Source: Malacoraja senta
Taxonomy: Eukaryota
Direction of reading: 5' to 3'
NCBI GenBank assembly: GCA_038087875.1
Contig: CM075983.1
Coordinates: 53,940,001-54,004,000 of the forward strand
DNA: 64,000 nucleotides
Positions 42,101 through 54,100 of this stretch are shown here, in pieces. The number at the start of each line of letters is the position of its first letter. Positions within the stretch are counted from its first letter, which is position 1. The position numbers and the translations under genes were made by a program. The notes beneath the pieces were generated by a model that saw nothing but the letters and a program-made list of their open reading frames with translations, was not told the origin of the DNA and did no database searches.

Positions 42101-45100
42101 GAATCAGTTTGGTGAACCTTCTCTGTACTCCATCTATGGCAAGAATGTATTTCCTCAGATTTGGTGACCAAAACTGTACGCAATCCTCCAGGTGTGGTCT
42201 CACCAAGGCCCTGTACAACTGCAGTAGAACCTCCCTGCTCCTATACTCAAATCCTTTTGCTGTGAATGCTAACATGCCATTCGCTTTCTTCACTGCCTGC
42301 TGCACCTGCATGCCTACTTTCAATGACTGGTGTACCATGACACCCAGGTCTCGTTGCATCTCCCCTTTTCCTAATCGGCCACCATTCAGATAATAGTCTA
42401 CTTTCCTGTTCTTGCCACCATAGTGGATAACCTCACATTTATCCACATTATACTGCATCTGCCATGCATTTGCCCACTCACCCAACCTATCCAAGTCACC
42501 TTGCAGCCTCCTAGCATCCTCCTCACAGCTAACACTGCCCCCCAGCTTCGTGTCATCCGCAAACTTGAAGATGTTGCATTCAATTCCCTCGTCCAAATCA
42601 TTAATATATATTGTAAATAGCTGGGGTCCCAGCACTGAGCCTTGCGGTACCCCACTAGTCACTGCCTGCCATTCTGAAAAGGACCCGTTTACTCCTACTC
42701 TTTGCTTCCTGTCTGCCAGCCAGTTCTCTATCCACATCAATAGTGAACCCCCAATACTGTGTGCTTTAAGTTTGCATACTAATCTCTCATGTGGGACCTT
42801 GTCGAAAGCCTTCTGAAAGTCCAGATATAACACATCCACTGGTTCTCCCTTATCCACTCTACTAGTTACATCCTCGAAAAATTCTATAAGATTCGTCAGA
42901 CATAATTTACCTTTCATAAATTCATGCTGACTTTGTCCAATGATTTCACCACTTTCCAAATGTGCTGCTATCCCATCTTTAATAACTGACTCTAGCATTT
43001 TCCCCACTACTGATGTTAGACTAATTGGTCTGTAATTCCCCGTTTTCTCTCTCCCTCCCTTTTTAAAAAGTGGGGTTACATTAGCTACCCTCCAATCCTC
43101 AGAAACTACTCCAGAATCTAAAGAGTTTTGGAAAATTTTCACTAATGCATCCACTATTTCTGGGGCTACTTCCTTAAGCACTCTGGGATGCAGCCTATCT
43201 GGCCCTGGGGATTTATCGGTCATTAATCCATTCAATTTACCTAACACCACTTTCCGACTAACCTGGATTTCACTCCGTTCCTCCATCTCATTTGACCCCC
43301 GGTCCCCTGCTATTTCCGGCAGATTATTTATGTCTTCCTTAGTGAAGACAAAAGTAGTTATTCAATTGGTCTGCCATGTCCTTGTTCCCCATGATCAATT
43401 CACCTGTTTCTGACTGCAAGGGATCTACATTTGTTTTAACTAATCTTTTTCTCTTCACATACCTATAAAAGCTTTTGCAGTCAGTTTTTATGTTCCCTGC
43501 CAGTTTTCTTTCATAATCTATTTTCCCTTTCGTAATTAAGCCCTTTGTCCCCCTCTGCTGGACTCTGAATTTCTCCCAGTCCTCTGTTAGGCTGCTTTTT
43601 CTGGCTAATTTGTATGCTTCATCTTTTGTTTTGATACTATCGCTGATTTCCCTTGTTATCCACGGATGCACTACCTTCCCTGATTTATTCTTTTGCCAAA
43701 CTGGGATGAACAATTGTAGTTCATCCATGCGGTCTTTAAATGCCTTCCATTGCATATCCACCGTCAACCGTTTAAGAATCAATTGCCAGTTTATCTAGGC
43801 CAATTCACATCTCATACCCTCAAAGTTTCCTTTAAGTTCAGAACCCTTGTTTCTGAATTAACTATGTCACTCTCCATCCTGATGAAGAACTCAACCATAT
43901 TATGGTCACTCTTGCCCAAGGGGCCACGCACAACAAGACTGCTAACTAACCCTTCCTCATTACTCAATACCCAGTCTAGAATAGCCTGCTCTCTCGTTGG
44001 TTCCTCTAGATGTTGGTTTAGAAAACTATCCCGCATACATTCCAAGAAATCCTCTTCCTCAGCACCCCTGCCAATTTGATTCACCCAATCTATATGTAGA
44101 TTGAAGTCGCCCATTATAACTGTTTTACCTTGGTTGCACGCATTTCTAATTTCCTGTTTGATGCCATCCACAACTACACTACTACTGTTAGGTGGCCTGT
44201 ACACAACTCCCACTAGCGTTTTCTGTCCCTTAGTGTTTCGCAGCTCTACCCATATCGATTCCACATCCTCCAAGCTAACAGATACACTGTTGTGGAAGTA
44301 CGCTCTGGGATATAAGGCATCACTTTGGCCTTGGTGCCAGAATGCTGATTGTTTAGCCGTTCACATTTAGGGAGAGAGATGTGGGGAGCAAGTTCAGACA
44401 ATAATCCAGTCCAACAGCAAAATAGTGATTTAAGAAACTTGACAATGATCATACTGTGCGTGATGCCAAATTTTTAATATTGAAGTATTTTATTAAATGT
44501 TAAGGCATTTCCATCACCATTTATAGATACAAAGGTAGACAAAAATGCTGGAGAAACTCAGCTGGTGAGGCAGCATCTATGGAGCGAAGGAAATAGGCAA
44601 AGTTTCGGGTCGAAACCCTTCTTCAGACCATTTAGGGATTCCTGTCTCAGTGATGCAGATTGTTGTTTGCTTCACAATTGAGCAACAACATTCCTGAGTC
44701 CAGAAAAAGCAGTTCACTGGGTAGGATGGATTAAACTGTAGTCTCAGAATATCCAACATTTCACGATGTTGGCCAATTCATGATGTATACTTAAATTTTG
44801 AACTATCGTGGAGTCATTTATAATTTGAACTGTCTTGGAAAGAACAAGACTCGGTTGTATACATTTTCAAACAATGGATTTAATGTTTGTTTATTTAAGT
44901 TTATGGTATACAATTTATTGGCATTTCTTTTGAAGTCTATAATTAACATAATATCCAGTGCCTAATAAATGTAATCATAAAGAACAGACCAAATAAAGAA
45001 ACAAGGAACTGTAGATTGACAAAAATGCTGGAGAAACTCAGCTGGTGAGGCAGCATCTCTGGAGCGAAGGAAATAGGCAACGTTTCGGGTCAAAACCCTT

Positions 45101-48100
45101 CTTTCAGACTGAAGAAGGGTTTCGACCTGAAACGTTGCCTATTTCCTTCGCTCCATAGATGCTGCCTCACCCGCTGAGTTTCTCCAGCATTTTTGTCTAC
45201 CTTCGATTTTCCAGCATCTGCAGTTCCTTCTTAAACAAAGAACTGTAGATGCCAGTTTACAAAAAAGACACAAAGTAATTTGTGTCCAAATGAAGATAGA
45301 TTTTGAAATTATGATTTCATTCTCATGTCAATCAATCTGAATTTGTCATATTTTGCAAATCATATTTTGACTAATATCTTTAGTTTTCAATATTAATGTG
45401 TTTTTTTCCCTTGCAGTACTTTAAATGCGGTTTGCCGTATGCATTAGTTACCCTGGCGACTTTAGCTGCATATGCAGCTTTTACCATTAGCATTACACAG
45501 TGGAGGTACTGTAGAAGTAACATTTGATTTTAATTTTTCATATATGCTCATGTCTTTTCTGTGGTAACTTTACAACTTCAGTTTATTTTATTTGTAGGAC
45601 TATCTTCCGAATCAAAATGAATAAAGCTGATAATGATGCAGGCAATGCTGCAATAGACTCTCTCCTGAATTATGAAACTGTAAAGGTACAAAGTTCTGAA
45701 TTATATTTGATTAGATTCTGAATAGATTCTTACTTTTTAAGCAACCCTTTCCCTCACTAAGATTATACACTTATAATTCTTCCTTCCCTCCAAATAACTT
45801 CTGGTGCTGTAGAATTGTAAAAATAAAAAGACTGCTTCCATTTGCATACTACATCTTGTGCATTTTAAGTTTCCTTTTGGTTCCTTGTAACTTGAGCTAA
45901 TTAGATTATTTCTATCGCAATAGATAATATTTTGCATACTTTGCACAGATTTATTGTGAATATAATCCAATTGTGGTAAATCTGTTGGTTACAATTATTC
46001 TGAATTGATGACTAGTTTGAATAGCTAGACGTGGCAATTTCATAAGTGTTAGTTTTCTTTGCTAAACTGTTGTGGAAATATTACAGTACTGCATGCTACC
46101 ATTGTGCAATTATTGGTACATTAATGGCAGAGACATGGTTTAGAATTCTGATCACTATTTGTGTCTATATAATGAGCTACAGCTGCTACAAAAAGCATAC
46201 ATTTTCTCTGCTTTAGATGGGACATTTGCTAGAAAGGTGGCAGCATTACCATGCATTTATATGTATCTAAGTGCTTATGTATAGTGAAATGTACTGAACT
46301 GTATACAAAATTGAATTTCACTGTACCTCGGTATATGTGACAAAGTACCATACCTCGCACCTCCTTTCAAGCCACTTGCAGTTAAGTTGATGAGGCCTGG
46401 AACTAAGCTGTTTTCCTACAATTTCAGCTCGTTAATGTTATACACAATTAACGAAGTGATGGATCCACCAATATGTAACTGGTTAAGTTGGTAACAGACA
46501 TGGAGTTCCATGGCGTAGTCAGGGTCATCTTAGCAGCATTATAGGCCCCCGGTCAAAGCAGTGCACTGGGGCCCCTACCTACACAACCACTCACAGGAAT
46601 AAAAATGTAAATGGTCGATAAAATTAAACATTTATTGGTACTTCCAATAAAATCAGTGTTTAAACATTAAAAAACATGCTGTACAGCAAAGATTAATCAA
46701 CACAAACGTTTGAACAATATAACATGAGCCTTGAAAAACACAATAATTTCTATATATAAATGATAATTGGTAAACCATACAGACAGAGATGGCACATCTC
46801 TGTCTAGGTCTACATTCTACAATTTTCACATCTTGTATAAACAGCTTGTCCATTCACATATCACAAACTATCAATACCTGGTTACTAGTGCTGCATCATA
46901 AATTCATAATCTTGAATGACTACTACATGCTTACCCTACAAGTGTTCCTCATGAATCTCAGATTCAATCTCTAATAACCAATGGCATATAAATATAACCA
47001 ATATCATTGCTATTAACTGTCAAGTGAGTTGAAGTGACATTAACATATACGCTTTTACGTTATGTAGCGCGTGAGATATGTACACATACATGCACGTGTG
47101 GTTGCAGAGGTGACCATGATACTAAATCAGAGGCGAATACCAATGTCCACTTGTTATCATAAAAATTAACATTAATATTGTTCATTATCTTTAGTAAAAC
47201 ACATGCAGAATATGCATTTTCCAATAACAAATATTTATAGTTTAATATAGTTTAGTATTTATTTATTGACAGCAAGTCACAACATACATAGATTAGCATG
47301 GGGACCCTATGCTCGTGGGGCCCCGGGCAATGCCCAGCATGCCCATGCGTTAAGACGGCCCTTGGCGTAGTCCCAAGTTGTCAATATTGTAGGAATTGGC
47401 GTGAAATATAGACTTCAAACTGAAGAGCAAAGAAATCACTTTTGATTTTCTGCACAACAACAAAAAAAAGGGTATTTTCTGCAATATTCGTATCCATTTC
47501 CTTAGATACTTTATAAAGTGGACAGTTGTAGATCCAAACAAACACGCCTGATTTCCATGGAAAGTCCCAGGCACAGAGCCACAGAGCCATTGCTCTGTCT
47601 GTGGGAGGGTCCAGGGCATGAGTATTAATGATGCTAATATAAGAAGTGTTTTTGGAAAAAATAGAAATCATTTAATTGTGAATAAGGGATATTCAGATGA
47701 ATATCCTTTGCAAGTGTACTTCATGTATTTGCTTTGTAAAGTGTAACTTATTTGCTCTGCATTTATGATAACGGACTGATATTCAAAATAAGTCATTGAC
47801 AAAAAATACTAATGATTAAATTCCAATTACAGTATTTCAATAATGAGAAGTATGAAGCAGAAAGATATGATGGATTCTTGAAGTCATATGAAGAATCATC
47901 TCTGAAGACTACCTCAAGTCTTGCAGTACTGAACTTTGGTCAGAATCTTATCTTTAGCTTTGGTCTGACTGGGATCATGATACTTGCTAGTCAAGGAATC
48001 ATGGCAGGTACAGTAGTTAAATTAATTAATGTTTTATGCTTGAGAATTTACATTTTCCTGTTGAGTTTTATTTTGAGAAGTGCTCCCACATTCGTCATTA

Positions 48101-51100
48101 AGGTGCAGTTGATATAATCTGTTAATTCTGCTGGGAAACCGCTGTTTGCTATGGGGAGCTAGCTGCGGAGTATGCATGTTGTGCAGAGTGAACACAGGAT
48201 AGACACAAAAAGATGGAGTAACTCGGTGGGACAGGCTGCATCTAAGGAGAGGAGGAATGGGTGACGTTTCGGGTCGAGACCCGTCTTCAGACTGTTTAGG
48301 GATAAGGGAAACGAGAGATATAGACGGTGATGTAGAGAGATAAAGAATAATGAATGAAAGATATGCAAAAAAGCAACGACGATAAAGGAAGGCCATTGTG
48401 GGGTGAAAATGAGAACCTACTGCGACTTGGGTGGGGGGGGGGGGGGGTATAGAGAGAAGGAATGCCGGGGCTACCTGAGGTGAGCGAAATCAATATTCAC
48501 ACCACTGGGCTGTATGCTGCCAAAGCGAAATATGAGATGCTGTTCCTCCAATTTGCGTTTAGCCTCACTCCGACAATGGAGGAGACCGAGGACCGAAAGG
48601 TCTGTGTAGGAATGAGAATGAGAATTAAAGTGTTTAGCAACCGGGAGATCAGGTTGGTTTGGGAGGGCTGAGTGAAGGTTTTCTGCGAAATGATCGTCCA
48701 GTCTGTGTTTGGTCTCGCCGATGCATAAGAGTTCACATCTTGAACAGCAAATACAGTAGATGAGGTTGGAGCAGGTGTAAGTGAACCTCTGTCTAACCTG
48801 AAAGGACTGCCGGCGTCCCTGGACAGAGTCGAGGGAGGAGGTAGAGCGACAGGTGTTGCATCTTCAGCGGTTGCAGGGGAAGGTACCAGGGAAGGGGGTG
48901 ATTTGGGTGGGAAGGGATGAGTTAACCAGGGAGTTGCGGAGTGAACGGTCTTCAGCAGAAGGCAGAAAGGAGTGGAGATGGGAAAATGTGGCTAGTGGTG
49001 GGATCCCGTTGGAGGTGGTGAAAATTTTGAAATTTTACCGCTCCTCCCCGCTCCCCTCCTCCTCTCCCTCCCTCCCTCCTCTCCCCCCCTTTCCTCTTCT
49101 TCCCCCCTCCCCCCCATCTCCTCCATACAACATATGTGTTGTATGTGACGGCTGGTGGGGTGGAAGGTAAGGACTAGGGGACTCTGTCTCCATTGCAACT
49201 AAGGGAAGGGGGTGCAAGGGCAGAGCTGCAGGGTACCTAGGAGACACGAGTGAGGGCCTCATCTATGATGGGAGAGTGCAATCTCGTTCCCTAAAGAATG
49301 AGGACATCTCTGATGTTCCAGCGTGAAACACCTCACCTTGGGCGCAGATGCGGCAAACACAGGTTTTCCAGCAGACTTAACAGAATATATCAACTGCACT
49401 TTAATTGGGAGTAGGGGAGAGAGTTTTTGCAGGAAGCAGGGTGGGAAGAAGTGTAGTCGAGATAGTTGTGGGAGTCAATGGGTTTGTAATAGATGTCACT
49501 CAATAGTCTATTTCCTGTAATAGAGACTGTGAGATCAAGAAAGGGGAGGGAGGTCTCGGAGATGATCCAATTAAGTTTGCGTGCAGGATGAAAATTGTGG
49601 TGAAGTTAATGAAGTCCACGAGTTCTGCATGGGTGCAGGAGGTAGCACCGATGCAGTCATCAATGTAATGGAGATAGAGTTCGGGGATAGGGCCAGTGTA
49701 CACCTGGAACAGGGATTGTTCAACGTACCCAACAAAGAGGCAGGCATAGCTGGGGCCCATGCAGTTGCCCACAGCTACGCCTTGGACTTGGAGGAAGTGG
49801 CAGGAGTCAAAGGAGATGTTGTTGAGGGTGAGGACCAGCTCCGCTCGGCGAAGTAGTGTGTTAGTTGAGGGAAATTGGATGGTTCTGCGGTCAAGGAAGA
49901 AACAGAGGGCTTTAAGGCTTTCCTGGTGGGGGATTGAGGTGTGGAGTGACTGATCGTCCATAGTAAAGATGAGGGAGTGGGGGCTTGGGAAGCAGAAGAA
50001 CACAGGTGTGTTATAAAGTTGGATGAGGATACTGTTTCATTGTTCTTGAGGAAGAGATTGATCACATTGGTGAATATACCATTAAATGGCTTTTCTCTGG
50101 TCTATGAGGCAGGCATGTCAGCAAATGATTTTGTGAATGGACACCTTGGTTCTCACTCCTTAACATCTGTCTATTTGCTTTATCAGTTCTGAAAATAGAT
50201 TTTATTTAAAGATTTTTTTTAAAGATGTGCTGTCTACTGTCAATACTTATCTACTGTCAGTGCAGAAAAAAATACCTGAGACTTCTCCAAATGCATTGAC
50301 TAATAAACCAGCAATAATCTGAAAATTTAGGAAACCATTCTACCTCCAAAGGTTGTCAGACTGCCAATGGCAGTGCTGAAATTCCTGATGTAAGCATGTT
50401 TATATACACATGCCCAACATGGTGATTGCATTTCAATAATAGTGTTTTCAAAGTTTATGTCAAACATTTTGTTGAAGCTCGTGGTCTTTGGTCATTATCA
50501 TTTGTTTGCACTCTTTCAGATGACCATTGTTATATTGTTACAATCGAAGCTGGGTTGCAACATGCAAATTCAGTGCATGACGTAGTTAAATCATGTGATC
50601 TAGATAGCGCGAACGGTTGCAGAATGAGAACCTGGAGATGCCATTTTTAATAGATGGCACTATTAAAAGAGAACTACAACACAAGTGCTGTCTCCATTGT
50701 TTATCTTGAAGATAGACTTCAAGGCAACACAAAACAGAATATGGTGGCAACGGTATACGGGGCTATGATTCGGAGGACTACCCTCAAGTGCTAAATATGC
50801 TTTAATCAGCTACCGAAATCTCAAATGTTCAAAAAAAGATTACTTCATTTTGTCACTCGATGCTAGTGAAAGCAAGTGTGTAACCACACTGCAAACTTAA
50901 ATATTTATAACTGATTGAACTTGTCACGTACAATTGGAATGGCTATGCTGCCTGCATGGCAATAGATATGGCTGCAATAAACATGCCCGTTCTTGCGCCA
51001 CTAATGGACTGGGAAGTAGCTGATATAATGAATGTCTTTGCCAGATTTAGACAAAAATGTGGTCTAACGTTCAACGGTGTGGTAAAGAATGCTAGTGAGA

Positions 51101-54100
51101 TTGAGAAAGCTAGGTATCTGCTTCTATGGACAGTAGAGAAGAGACTAGAGTTGTACAACATCTGGACATTTGAGCAAAAAGAGGACAGAGAGAAGACAAA
51201 AGTTATTTTACATAGGTTTGAAAGACACCTTGAACCAAAGACCAACCATCGCATACATCGCTACACTTTAAGGGCTCCACAAACTAGTGATGAATCTGTG
51301 CATGACTATCTCACAAAGCTGAAGAACATTTCATTGAAATGTAAGTTCAGGGAAAGGCAAGAGATAAATGACAGGATAGTTGACCAATTCATATGGTGAA
51401 TATTCCATGACGAGGTCCAGAAGTCTCTCATTTGCCGTTCGTCCTTTAATTGCCATATTTCTAATCAATATGACTAATATTGTATGTTACAGTGTAAAGA
51501 TATGACATTGTTAAAAAGGTTAAGGAAACTCGTCACCATTTCATCCCAAAATGTTTTTTAAAAATTCTCAAACTGAATTGAATTAAATGGAAATGAAAGT
51601 TTCTTGTAACGTTCGATTCATTTTTACAGGAGCACTAACAGTAGGAGATCTGGTGATGGTAAATGGACTGCTTTTCCAATTGTCTCTTCCCTTAAATTTT
51701 CTGGGCACCGTATATAGAGAGACACGACAGGCACTAATAGACATGAACACATTGTTCAATTTGCTAAACCTTGATACAAAGATTAAGGTATGATGCTAAC
51801 GTGTTAGTGATGTTCTTTAGTTCTGAATTTATTGTCTGACATTTTATATAAGAGCTTGTAAAAATTAAATTGTGAATTTTTTAAAATTCATAAACTGAAA
51901 ATTTGAAAAGTACTAAGCATCAAGACAGTAATATACAGTTGCAATATCTGAGGAGACACCATGTGTTTATATTTGCAAACTGAATGTGGCCCCCAATGCT
52001 GTAATGCAACTTCATGGTTCTTTTTATGCTTTTGTAGGAGGTACAAATGGCTCCAGTACTTCAGCTTACGCATGAAAAGTCTACCATCACTTTTGATGAT
52101 GTGTACTTTGAATATCTCGATGGTCAAAAGGTCCTTAATGGAGTATCATTTGAAGTTCCTGCTGGGAAAAAGGTGGCAATTGTAGGAGCTAGTGGTTCAG
52201 GGTAAGTTGCCTTTTATTGGTCTCCCTTTAGGTTAGTTTTTGAAATATTTTCAGATTCTCTTTTATATTTTTCCTGTATTTTATAATTTAATATTTTCTC
52301 CTATTCTGGTCATATTCATTAAATTGCCAATGAATAATAAATGACCACCACTCTAGCCCAGTGCCTTGTTGAAACATTGGTATCGTTGGGATCTGTATAG
52401 CTGAGAACCTATGCAAGAGAATTGACGATTTTGCAGAAATGCACTTCACTCGTCCCTCATCTCATTTGTTACACTCCTATGTTGCTTGCCATTTTGTTTT
52501 AACTAATGCCTTCCACTATCTTAACATTCGTACATAGAAACATAGAATACATAGGATACATAGAAAATAGGTGCAGGAGTAGGCCATTCGGCCCTTCGAG
52601 CAAGCACCGTCATTCAATGTGATCATGGCTGTTCATCCACAATCAGTACCCCGTTCCTGCTTACACCCCATATCCCTTGATTCTGCTAGCCCTGAGCTCT
52701 ATATATCTCTCTTTTGAATGCATCCAGTGAATTGGCCTCCACTACCTTCTGAGGCAGACAATTCCACGAATTAACAACTCCTCATCTCAGCTCTAAATGG
52801 CCTGCCCCTTATTCTTAAACTGTGGCCCCTGGTTCTGGACTCCTCCAACTTCGGGAACATGTTTCCTGTATCTAGCGTGTCCAATCGCTTAATAATTTTA
52901 CATGTTTCCATAAGATACCCTTTCATCCTTCTAAATTCCAGTGAATACAAGCCCAGTCATTCCATCCTTTCAACATATGACAGTCCCGCCATCCCGGGAA
53001 TTAAACTCATGAACCTGCACTCCCTCAATAGCAAGAATGTCCTTCCTCAAATTAGGAGACCAAAACTGCACACAATACTCCAGGTGTGGTCTCACCAGGG
53101 CCCTGTACAACTGCAGAAGGAACTCTTTGCTCCTATACTGAGATCCTCTCATTATGAAGACCAACATGCCATTAGCTTTCTTCACTGCCTGCTATACCTG
53201 CATGCTTACTTTCAGTGACTGATGTACAAGGATACCCGGGTCTCGTTGCACTTTAACGTTTCCTAATCTCATACCATTCAGAGAATAATCTGCCTCCTTG
53301 TTCTTGTCACCAAAGTGGATAACCTCACATTTATTCCCATTATACTGCACCTGCCATGCATCTGCCCACTCACCGAACCTATCCAAGTCACCCTGCATTC
53401 TCATAGTATCCTCCTCACAGTTCACACTGCCACACAGCTTTGTGTCATCTGCAAATTTGCTAATGTTACTTTTTGCTAATGTAAAAGGGAGGGGAGGGCG
53501 ACATTTGGGCAGGCAGGTTTGCTAGTGCTACACCTGTGGGTTTATACTAAATAGCGGGGGGGGGGGGGGGGGTTGACAAATTGGGAGTAGAAAGGTGGAG
53601 TTAAAGGGGAAGTGAGTACAGGAAAAGTTACAAAAGACTCCCGAATTAATGGGAAAGAAAGTTTGAGAAGGGATAAGAGAGTAAGGTCAGGGCCAATAGT
53701 CAGGGGCAATTTGATAAGGGAACTCGAGGTAAAGGAGCCATTAGGAGGTAGTGACCATAATATGATGTTTTAATCTACAATTCGAGAGGGAGAAGGGAAA
53801 ATCGGAAGTGTCATTATTACAGTAGAGCAAAGGGGACTATGGAGGCATGAGGCAGGAGCTGGTCAAAGTTGACTGGAAAGAGACCCTAGCAGGGATGACA
53901 GTGGAACAACAATGGCATTTATTTCTGGGAATAATACAGAAGGTGCAGAATCAGTTCATTCCAAAGAGGAAGAAAGATTCTAAGGGGAGTAAGAGGCGAC
54001 CGTGGCTGAGAAGGGAATTCAAGCACAGTATAAAAATGAAAGAGAATAAGTCTAACATAGCAAAGATGAGCGGGAAGCCAGAGGATTGGGGAACTTTTAA

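Noticed and set aside
45495-45610. Loss of two arginines in the Arg-rich motif (TQWRTIFR versus human TRWRTRFR)
   Set aside because: The two arginines conserved to yeast Atm1 (WR and FR) are retained; the others vary normally.
50956-51399. Domesticated gag-derived gene
   Set aside because: Truncated by a stop, apparently eroded, and preceded by a PBS-like site; more simply a Gypsy remnant.
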